Part shown: positions 41,457-53,961 of the stretch, one piece after another | How positions within the stretch are numbered: position 1 is the first letter of the stretch | Layout of the letters: the number at the start of each line of letters is the position of its first letter | Made by a program: the position numbers and the translations under genes | Source of the DNA: the human T2T-CHM13v2.0 reference genome, Homo sapiens | Direction: 5' to 3' (one strand) | Length of the DNA: 64,000 bases | Assembly (NCBI RefSeq): GCF_009914755.1 | Contig: NC_060930.1 | Notes under the pieces: model-generated | Database searches by the model: none | What the model was told of the DNA's origin: nothing | Seen by the model: only the letters and a program-made list of their open reading frames with translations

Positions 41457-42079
41457 CTGTAATTTACATTATCAGGGTATGACCAGGGCAGAGAAACACT
41501 GTCTTGTGTCAGCAGTCCTTAAACACAGCAATTTATTGGCCTTTTGGCTTATGTGTACTGAAAATTGGCTTACTTCATTATGTTTATTATTTTATGATAT
41601 TAATATCCTTTTCCTGGATATTTAGTGTGGTTTCAGTACCAAGCAGAGCTAAAGGTTTACATTAGCAGAGTTAAATCTAAAGCTTTTAGGTAAATAGCCA
41701 GTATTTTTGATTAATCTTTAAAATGATTTGTTCATGTTAATATATAATAATCCACTAATTATTTTTTATTTGTTTATTCATTTCAGTAGACTAATTTTGT
41801 CGTGATTTTTCCAAAGTTTGCCAGTTGATAAAACATAATGAGTTACTTCGTGTGAATATTTTATATTTAAGCATTATAAACCCTTGCCACACTAGGTGGG
41901 TTTAGTCAGTGTGACATTGTATATAATCTCATTGTGAAGTTGGAATTTCCAAAAAGTTTGAAGAATGTTCAGACTTAGATATGTTGCTCCTTCATTTCAC
42001 TTTGTCTTATTCAGTTAAAAAGTTGAAGCTTTTCTGGCTTTTCTAACAGTATTTTAAAGAGCTGTACATAGTAGATAAA

Positions 42080-42081
<2 letters not shown>

Positions 42082-42120
<39 letters not shown>
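42082..42120. repeat. Perfect (TG)19 microsatellite
   Basis: Directly visible. Confidence 0.98.
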
Positions 42121-42122
<2 letters not shown>

Positions 42123-43595
42123 GCAATTACACTATTTGATTTTATAAAACAGTAAGCATATTAGAAATAGATATATAATTTTTGTCTCATTCAGCTTTGA
42201 ACTGGCTTCTATTAGTTTTCTAATTGTTTGGTATATCAGAGTTTCTATGTTGCTTCTTGTTAGAATTTTTTATTTTTGTATTTGTAGTTGAAATTTTTAT
42301 TTCAACTGGCAGCAGACCATTTTATTCCCACTGTGCCTTCTTACAGACACATTAAGAACAATTCTCAGTGGAGCTTTTGGCCTGCTTAGAATTCATCATT
42401 AGAACCTTTCAAGCTCTGGATACCTAGGAAATTCTCCACTCAACATGTGCAGGGAAGTTTGGCAATTCCTTACTGGCAGGGAGTAGAAGATTAAAGGAGC
42501 TCCACTGCTCCTCACATGAGCTCCCCTTGAGATAGAATGTTTTTCGTTCACTGAAAAATCCTATTTATATTTTGAAATGTTTGAAAGTGAGCAATTTTGA
42601 CCTGAATATTACTGGTGCATCCAGTAATGGCATATCCAAAGTCTACTTTCAATACACAGGGAAGAATATTAATTTATAACATAAGTGCTTAGAAGTACTT
42701 GTGAAACTTGCTGTCTGACAGAACAGTTGTACTGGAATCAAGACTTGTGTGTACGTGATGTAAATAATTCTCCCTGCCACAATACCTTCTCCCTCAACAG
42801 GAAGATCATCTGTCTTTATGTGGGACAATAATAGTGCAGATATTATTTTAAGAATTAACTATTAGCTATCTCTAAAATCACCATTTGCATAATTGATACT
42901 TTATGGTCACATTTACATATGTTTATTTAATCTTTTGGGAACCCAAAATATTTTGAAGACCATAAGATGCATTATGAAAAATCTAGAAAGATATTCATTT
43001 TTGTCATCTTAAATTTAATCACAATTTCTCTGTTTCTAACCCTTAAATATGTTCTGTTTAACCTGGAGAACTTCCCTCTCAGCAAATCATCACCTTAATT
43101 ATGCCCTCAGTTCTTCTTCCTCCTTTTTCATTTTGTTTCTCTGTCTGATCAGTTCAATCCATCAAGCAAGGTTGGAATCTGTGCTTTGCAGAAGCAAGAG
43201 GTGTAGTCACAGTGTGCTAGAGCAGAGTGTTGGAGACCAGGAACAATCAGAAGAGCATCAAGAAGGAAATGGAATGATGTGGTATGTTGGCACCTGAGCA
43301 GAGAGAGGAGGGCATCAATGAAAGATGAGGTGGGGTGGAGCTCATAGTTGTGATGAAAGATTGGTTACATGCACAAGTATAAGAGGAAATACAGCTAAAA
43401 TAAACTCAGGAAAATTAGACAAGAAATAAAATTCAATGACATTTATATGAATGATATAAAACTATCTGCATTCACAAGTCAACAATATTATATATTTAGA
43501 ATATCCTAAACATTTCTCCTCCCCTCCAAAAAAAGAACCAGAAAAACTATTAGATTTAATAAGCTAGTTTGTCATTGTTGCAGGATATATCTATA

Positions 43596-43820
43596 CAGAC
43601 GATCTATAACTTGGAATGGCTCAACTTATTATTTTTCAACTTTATGATGGGTTTATCAAGGTATTAATTTATTTTCTACTTACAATATTTTCAATATACC
43701 ATGGCAATTGTAGCCCCATGATATTAGGTTGGTGCAAAAGTAGTTGAGGTTTTTGCCATTACTTTCAGTGCAAAAACTGCAATTACGTTTGCACCAACCT
43801 AATACATTAAGGAACATCTA
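43596..43820 (-). mobile_element. MER47-like (Tigger-derived) MITE interrupted by MADE1
   Basis: TA|CAGACGATC..AACTT..ATGGCTCAACTTA..TTTTTCAACTTTATGATGGGTTTATC ... AGGAACATCT. Confidence 0.7.
43724..43802. mobile_element. MADE1 (Hsmar1 MITE), full length
   Basis: TTAGGTTGGTGCAAAAGTA ... TACGTTTGCACCAACCTAA inverted repeats; TA TSD on both sides; 79 bp. Confidence 0.95.
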
Positions 43821-44309
43821 TCTGTATATTAAAAAAATGATATTTTCCCTAATTGTCCTGTACACACATACACAAATATTCACACAGAAAGATAAGTATA
43901 AACATATATAGATTATGCCACATAATTAATAAGCTGGCATTCACATCATAGTTTCTAAATATCATTGTCCAATAAAATAATCTGAAACTTTATGGAGAAT
44001 GGCTGAGTTAGTTTGTATAATTTATTGAGTTACTAATTGTGTATGATACATTTTCTTATGTTTGCATTTTACTTAAATACAAACTAAAAAGAAAATCACT
44101 AAAATTAATAAGTGTTTTTACTACATAACAGATGAGCCAGTTTTGTAAGAGCGATTGCCCATGTCCTAGAGAACATGATTTTGCCTACTATATATATAGT
44201 TTCATATATATATGTATTTTTTCTTTTTCTGGCAAAAATATTATAATATTCTCTTTCCTCTATTTCTTCATCGATACCTTTAAAAAATTTGCTATTACAG
44301 AACTTACAA

Positions 44310-44482
44310 TAAGTAGATAACATACAGGCCATCCTATGGAATTTGAATATTAGATAATATACTTTTTAGTATAAGTGTTCAATATACTTTATATGAAATA
44401 CTTTATACTAAAATGTATTTATTTATCTAAATTTTAAATTTAACCTTTTTTTTTTTTGCTTTTGCTAAATTAGGAAACCCTA
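44310..44482. mobile_element. MER53-like palindromic MITE
   Basis: AATTTGAATATTAGATAA..TTTTAGTATAAG ... TTATACTAAAA..TTATCTAAATTTTAAATTTAAC ... TTTGCTAAATTAGGAAACCCTA. Confidence 0.65.
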
Positions 44483-46271
44483 ACTGAAGTAGTTCTGCTC
44501 AAGTCAAAATGAATTTCAGATAAAAATAAACCCATGGAACAAAACATACAATATTGAATAGATCTGCTGAGATAATTGATAAATCTTCCTGATTTCCTAG
44601 TGTTAAGCTAAAGATTGACAATAAATGTAGTTTACATATATATATATGCAAATAATTATGAGTTTTGCCTAATTAACTATCTTCTATGGTATTTTGAAAG
44701 CTAAATTTAATAGTGCAATATCTCTACCATTATCAAAGCAAATATAAGATAATGTTTAAAAATGTCAAGATGCCAAGAATAGTTTGTCAACAATTTGATT
44801 CTATAATATGAATTTCATCAGACACTTCTGTGCCTTTAAAGTAAATAACATGGCTTTCACTTCTGAGTTATAGTATTTTTAAGTTATTTTCTTCAACTAC
44901 AGTTCACTTATATTGGAGTTAATGATCTTGAGTAAGCAGAGTTAATTGACATTGATAAGTGAATAACTAAAAAGGAAACATTGCAGCAAAAGCAACTGTT
45001 CATCTGAACTTAAATAATTGAACCATTGATTTTCTGAACAGAAAGTGTTATAAAACTTCAGCCATTTAGGTGTTTGTTATTCTTAAGGTTATGAAAAACC
45101 TGATATTTATAAAGCTCTATAAAACTCAATAAGCATATTTAGATGGAGAGTTAGAAACAAAAATAGAAATAAGTGGGAATAATCAAATGGACCAGTCCAT
45201 GGGAGGCTTGTGTGTGGAATCTACACTAGACAGTTGCAATGAAAGATGAGAAAAGGCTCAAGGATCAAATGGGCACAATAGACTAAATCATTTCATTATG
45301 GGAAGTGGGTAGGAGGGAACTTGAGGGTCTTAGTCATGGGAGTAGGTTTCTGTGGTGGAGTTACAATTTCAAAGTAGGTAAGAGACACAAGGCAGGAGGA
45401 CAGAAGATCAGGTAGAAAAGAGAATTCAAATCAAAATATATTTAGTGAGCTCCATTTACAAAGCTGACTGCTGGTGCTATGGGAGTAAAAATTAAAAAAA
45501 AACATATCCTTTTATCAAGGAGATTTGGTTTAGTATAAGGGACGCAGTTTTGTGGAATAATAATAAAAACTACCTCACAAAATGTAATTAGATGGTATAG
45601 AACAATTAGTAAGCCAAGAATCATGTAACCTAATTTATATATGACCAGTTCCATTTTCATAAAGTATCAACGTAAAATTTGGCTCATTTTATTTAACTTC
45701 ACTTGAATTTTATCAGAAAAGTGTGGAGAAATATTCCAAATATTATGTCACTAGTCTAATGTGCCTTAACTTCAGCTTCACTTCCATTCTGACTTATCTA
45801 GGTTTGTCCTCACTTTTGTGACTTGTTTTTTCTTCTGACATTACTTATTTAAACCTCTGTGTAGCATCTGCAATATTTTATTTCAACTTTTGCATTTTAC
45901 AAGACATCAAGACTCTATGCTCCCAAAAGGCAAAACTTTAATCAGATTCTCAGTATTATAATGCAAACTTTTTGTTTGTGATGACATCCTTTTAAACAGT
46001 ATATATATAGGAAAGTTCTGCAAAATGATATTCTGAATGTTAATGTAAGGAAGAGGTGTGGGTCGAATTTATTTTGCTATAGATATTTGTTTTTTTTTCT
46101 GAATCTAGGTTTAGGCGAAAATGGTATGAGAGGATCTTGTACTTCAGTATCCACCTATCTGTTCTGCATCTGCTTGCTAATAGATATATTACAGTCAATA
46201 AACCCAACGTGGGACTCTTAAACAATAATTTTTTTAAAGTTAGGTATTTCATTATTTGAAAAAGAAATACT

Positions 46272-47150
46272 GTCAATATTCTATATAACTATAGTTATAT
46301 AGTCAAAAATATAGTCAATATTCTATATAACTATATAGAATATATATGAATATATATTCTCTATAACTATATAAAATAAATATGAATATATATTCTACAT
46401 GACTATATATGAAATATATGAATATATATTTTATATAACTATATATGAATATATATGAATATATGAAAATATATTCTATATAACTATATATGAATATATA
46501 TTCTATATAACTATGTATGAATATATATTCTATATAACTATATATGAATATATATTCTATATAACTATGTATGAATATATATTCTATATAACTATATATG
46601 AATATATATTCTATATAACTATATATGAATATATATTCTATATAACTATATATGAATATATATTCTATATAACTATATATGAAAATATATGAATATATGA
46701 ATGTATATTATATATAACTATATATGAACATATATGAATATATATTCTACTATGTATGAATATATATTCTACTATATATGAATATATGGATATATATTCT
46801 ATATAACTATATATGAATATATATGGATATATATTCTCTATAACTATATATGGATATATATGGATATATATTCTATATAACTATATATGAATATATATGG
46901 ATATATATTCTCTATAACTATATATGAATATATATGGATATATATTCTCTATAACTATATATGAATATATATGGATATATATTCTCTATAACTATATATG
47001 GATATATATTCTATGTAACTATATATGAATATATATGCATATATTCTTATATAACTATATATGAATATATATTCTATATAACTATATGTGAATATATATG
47101 AATATATATTCTATATAACTATATATGAATATATATATTTCTCTATAGGA
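46272..47150. repeat. AT-rich minisatellite; 26-bp unit TATATTCTATATAACTATATATGAAT with 36-bp variant units
   Basis: Directly visible; near-identical adjacent units. Confidence 0.97.
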
Positions 47151-47234
47151 ATATATGTGGAATCCTATATATGTATGGATAAATATATATGGTTATCCTA
47201 TATGTATATAGATATATATGAATATAAGAATATA

Positions 47235-47725
47235 TATATAGTTTTTCTTATATGTACATACCTATGATAAACTTTTATTTGTAAGTTAGTCACAACAAAA
47301 GATTAACAATAAATAATATTAAATAATATTAAAATTATAATAATAACATTAATAGATAATTTTGAAATAAAACAATTATAACAATATGCCCACATCACTA
47401 CTCTTGTGCTTTGTGGCCATTATTAAGTAAAAATGGGTTATTTGAACACAGGCACTGCAATACTGTGACAGTTGATCTGATAACCAAGAGAGCTACTAAG
47501 GGACTGTACAGTAGTCCCTTAATTTGCTGGACAGAGGGATGATCGATGTCCCAGGTAGGACAAAACCAATGGTGTGACATTTCTTCATGCTACTTGGAAT
47601 GGTGTGCAATTTAAAACTTATGAATTGTTTATTCTGGAGTATTCCACTTAATATATCTGGACAGTGGATGACCATAGGTAACTGAAATCATGAAAGGTAA
47701 AAACATGGATATAGGATGACTACTG
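47235..47725 (-). mobile_element. MER44B-like (Tigger7-derived) element, one end lost next to the minisatellite
   Basis: CATCACTACTCTTGTGCTTTG.GGCCATTATTAAGTAAAA...CAATTTAAAACTTATGAATTGTTTATT...GACTACTG terminus. Confidence 0.85.
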
Positions 47726-48637
47726 TGAAGTGATTATAATATAATGTGTAAAACCACAGAAAGTCTATTATTAAAAGTCCATTATTAAGAAAGTCCATTA
47801 TTAAAACAATACTATTCTGAAGTAGTCCATACATTTTGCTTCAAGAAATTAAACAAATAAAACTATAAATTACTTCAGGACATATTTGTGCTAAATGAGT
47901 TTGTCACCAAAGTTATGGAATAAATATTCAGTTTTGAATACTAACATGGATAAGTTATTGTGGACTTACATATTCTTTCTAAATAATAGTTACTGTGCCA
48001 ACATTCTCCTTCTTGGGGACACTTCCTCCTCTATTAAAGGAGATACAATAATTTTGGAGAAATATGAAGTTCAGCTTTTAAAAAATACCCAAGCTCATAA
48101 AACAGGTAAGAAGCAGAGACAAATAATTGCTCCAGGATTTAGACGTCACTGGATTCCTATGTTCTCTTCAGTACTAAGGTGTTCTAAAGTCCCTTAGAAA
48201 TGGCCGCCTCTCTCCATTTTCAGTACCATAAAGAAAGTTACATGTCTTAAGTTGATATCGTCTACCTGTTCTTCTCCACTATATGCAATTACTTAGAAAC
48301 AAAGAATTATGTTTCTATGGAGCTTTTAGTGATAAACAAATTATTTATTTGTAATTAAGAATTTCTAACATTTATATATGTTAATACTTATCAAGATAAA
48401 ATTGATATATTTGGGCAAAAATTATTTTTAGTCTTTCTAAACACAACACACACACAAATGTTTTATTTCACATATTATTGGAGAAAGATAATTAAAACAT
48501 GAATTATTTCACAGACTAAAAATTTGGATTTTTCAGATTGCACTTTTTAAATTCCAATGGCCTTTGTTGAGATCCTTTTGTCATTTAAAATAATTTCCTT
48601 ATACTCTCATATTTATCTATAGAATTATATGCATTTT

Positions 48638-48951
<314 letters not shown>

Positions 48952-49038
48952 TCATATAATTATCTATACCTATTTGATTTTACAACATTAACATTTCTAT
49001 ATTATTATCTAAATCCTGATAATAAAATTGCCACAAGT

Positions 49039-49350
49039 GGCCAGGTGCGGTGGCTCACGCCTGTAATCCCAGCACTTTGGGAGGCCGAGGCGGGCAGATC
49101 ACGAGGTCAGGAGATCGAGACCATCCTGGCGAACACTGTGAAACCCGTCTCTACTAAAAATACAAAAAAAAAAAAAAAAAATTAGCCAGGCGTGGTGGCA
49201 AGCACCTGTAGTTCCAGCTACTCAGGAGGCTGAGGCAGGAGAATGGCATGAACCTGGGGGCGGAGCTAGCAGTGAGCCGAAATCGGCCACTGCACTCCAG
49301 CGTGGGCGACCGAGTGAGACACCGTCTCGAAAAAAAAAAAAAAAAAAAAA
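49039..49350 (+). mobile_element. AluY with long middle A-run
   Basis: Y diagnostics; TSD AAAA(T/C)TGCCACAAGT. Confidence 0.96.
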
Positions 49351-50343
49351 CTGCCACAAGTATATAACTCTGTGTTTCACCTTGTACTGGCAAAGTGAAA
49401 GATGTATCCTAAAGCTTTTAGAAGTAGCTGTTTAAAAGTATGGGTAACTCCTCCCAAGCAGCTTATTGTTTTAAAATATTAAACAGGTAGCTATTACATT
49501 TACATGGAATAAATTTGACGTTTTTATTGTTTCTTACTGATTTGTCTGAAGTAACTGCATGTGTATATTTGAGATAGATACTAGCTGAGATAAATCTTGA
49601 ATAATTTACTTTATGAATCATTTTACTGAAAAAAAATCTCTCAAAGTGCCTTTAACTCTATATTTGTTTGCTGGGGAAATGTCTCATTTGGAGCTTGATG
49701 CCAAAACAACCTAGATTATTCTTGGACTGGAGTCAATTTGTTTCATCTCAGTTGATAATGTCTCCCATCCCTAGATTGTGGCTAAATTCAAGAAAGAAAA
49801 AGGCAAAATTTAAGATTAAAGAAACTCTAGGCACAGCTGGGCATGTAAGATAGCATAGCACAATATTATGTTCAATGAGGAATAGAAAAGAGAACCAAAT
49901 GATCGCATCCTTTTTTCAGGTATAATGACTGTAATATTTTAAAATGATGAGGACCTATTTTCCTACACTGATAGTCTTTAGGATACTGATTAGAAACCAA
50001 AGGCATAGCAGCATAGGAATGGGAAAATCTTACTTGATGTTATTTGCAAATAGTTATTCTCCCATTGCAAGTCAATCAATGTTCAGGCTTAAACTATTTT
50101 TTGAGAAAGAAGCTTTCTCAAGCTTTTGTAATCCAAACTAAACCAGTCATGTTCCACAGAAAACACCTCTTTCTTCATATATAAGTAAAGCCATCTATAG
50201 AGTATAAGGATGGGAGAAATATATCAAAAGGGGAGTACTAAAGACGATGTTGCTGGCACTTTTAATATGTTGTCTTAAGTTTGGGTTCACATCTTCTCAA
50301 ACGGTTGTGCCTCATTCCTTATTTTCCAAATTCATACTGATAA

Positions 50344-50731
<388 letters not shown>

Positions 50732-50914
50732 AGGTATTCTTACTCAATGCAAATGTCTGGCAGTAAATTTGGAAGATTGCATATCTTTTTCTAGTTGTTC
50801 ATCTGGATTTCTTTAGGAATACTAGCTGGGGATATGTTTACAATGAAATCTTAAGGAAGAATAATAATAATGATGAGAAAATAGCTTCTGTATGAAATTA
50901 GTTTTGTTCTACAT

Positions 50915-51050
50915 TTATCATTCATTTATTCAACCAATAAATGTTTTCAACTAGGCCCTGGAGACGTACCTGCAAAAAAAATATTTACATTATACAAAGC
51001 AATTCTTGCCTTCATAAGGTTTACATTATAGTGGTCATGAAGACAAAAAG
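50915..51050 (-). mobile_element. L2 3' end
   Basis: TCATTCATTTATTCAAC...CTAGGCCCTGGAGA...CTTGCCTTCATAAGGTTTACATTATAGTGG. Confidence 0.5.
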
Positions 51051-52299
51051 TAACCTAATTACTGAATTGCTTAACATATTCATCTTCCCCCAGCTGTTAT
51101 TTTTATTGTCTGAGTATCTCCAAATAAGGATAGGTAATCTGACTAAATAATGGTTAATTAATAACATGCTAAAATTGGTACATTTTTGGAAAAGACTCTT
51201 AAAATACAAACCATCAAACAAAGCATAATAGTCTCATCTGGCAAGAAATAATTTCATATCGCAAAGCAATTGACATTTTCAGAATTATTTTGGAAACTGA
51301 TTTGTTAGATTTATGTTTTGGAGAATTTGTTTCCTCATAATAGTTGTAAAATAAATTCATTTTATAATTCAGAGTATGAAAGCAAGTTCAAGTTCAGAAT
51401 TTTATTTGTCACCCTAAACCATTTTTCCAAACCTAAGCTTTGCTTTTTTTCTTTTGATTTGTAAAGAAAGTCAAAAATTATCTTCAAAAATGTATACAAA
51501 ATAACAAGTTTCAATATTTGCCTCCAACCTAAAGAGTTGTGAGAGTAGCTAAGTTCGAGAAACTTTCATTTAAACTAATATAATATGAATATATGTTCAA
51601 AAATAATTATCAGTAAATATAATTGGCTAACATATGACAACTTTAATTTATATCCCAAAGTGTTTACTCTTCAAGAGAATGAGAAAATTAGTAAAATATG
51701 TACACATATACACATATATATGTAGATGCATATATATACACACATATGTGTATATATAAAAAGTTAATATAGCAAGTTGTAAGCTAAATAATTTGCCATA
51801 TTATTCTGGGAGGTGAGGTATGGTGGATGATTATCTAGACTTGTACTTAACAAATCATTCAACCTAACCATTCTTAAAAGTAGAACAGGATAAATGCTTT
51901 TTTTAACTTCAAGAATATGAGGAAACCACTGAGACCTCTCCTTAAATTGAAAGAGATATTTTAGTGGCTTATAATTAAAAGTGAAAATGTAGATAAATTG
52001 TATTTTCTATGTCTTGATACAATAATTTTTTCCTAAAGTTTTATAATTCCCAAATCTCAAAAATCATCAGGTAGAAGTCCTATTTGTCAATGTCAACTAA
52101 CTTTGCCATATTCTTATGACTTAGCAAGATGGGAAGCACTTCAGTAATCTATTGGCATTATTTTTAATATGAAAACAATGTCATACATTGTACTGCTTGA
52201 ATGAAATGATATTCCAAGTTGCTATGTTTTACATGTCAATTTCTACAGCTACACCAGCGGGCAGTGCTTGTCAAAGGGTAATGTTTCATCTGTCATCTG

Positions 52300-52857
<558 letters not shown>

Positions 52858-53961
52858 ACAAATATATTTTAACACCATAATAAAATGACTATGATTATTT
52901 TTAGCAATTAAAATCTATGTAGATCTACAACGTTAACTAAGCGAATGTATATTTAATATAAAGCATAATATTTAATATTTTTGAGTAAATTTACATAGTA
53001 ATAAAATAAATACTCTTAGCTGAAAAAACAAACCCACTCTTTGGAGGTCCCCATGAAGAGCTCCTTGATTCAATCATCTTTCAGCCTTTAAAGATGTAGG
53101 CATCTTTGATTTTAATTCCTTTAATAAGTTAATCACTTATAATTTTTTCACATATTTCTACAATCCTAAACAGCACAGCACTTAAATATTGTATCTCCCA
53201 AACTGCGTTAATATAGAAGAATCTCACAAACTCATGTTGAATCAATATATGCATCACGGAAAAATACATAGACTATTGACAACTTACCAAGGGAGTGGAG
53301 CTGCCTGTATCTTTTTCCTATCATTTTTTTACTCCATCTGTACTCTGACATTTCGAGGTTTCTCATATGCAGCATACGGTTGTCTTTCTCTTTTACATCT
53401 AGTCTTAAAATCTTTGTGTTTTGAGAGGAGGGAAGTGTAATTAATTGTCCTAGTTGTAATTACTGGTATATTCGTTAAATTTCTTGTCTCTTTATCTTCA
53501 TGCTGCATTTTCTGTTTACTTTTTTCATTGTTATTGCCATTGATCGTGGGCTTTTACTCCTTTCCTTCTTTTTTTAACAAATTGGAAATTATACAAGTAG
53601 TAGTTGCCCATGAGACTTAACATTCATATATCATGAAATTCAGAGTTAAACAATATTCCTACCCTTATCTCAAAAACTGTTATTATATGTTGGACTACAT
53701 ATCCTCCCCTTTTATTTTATTTTGGTCTAGAAATTTAGTCTTCTTAAAATGCCAAATAACAGATGTAATTGTTATTATTTCACACAATTAATAATTTATA
53801 TTTAGCTATATATTTATCTATTTATTAGGTTAATGTTGCTAATTAGATTAGTATTATAAACTCCACTTTAAAAATAAAGCCTGGATACCATAGAAGTCAA
53901 GGAACATAGGAACATATCCAAGAATATTTAAATATAAGGAGTTGGAATTGTCCTACCTTCC

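Noticed and set aside
46310-47150. Regularly spaced repeats that might suggest a CRISPR-like array
   Set aside because: No unique spacers; head-to-tail minisatellite in a primate genome
47758-47806. Three copies of AAAGTC(C/T)ATTATTA
   Set aside because: Ordinary short slippage duplication with no further signal
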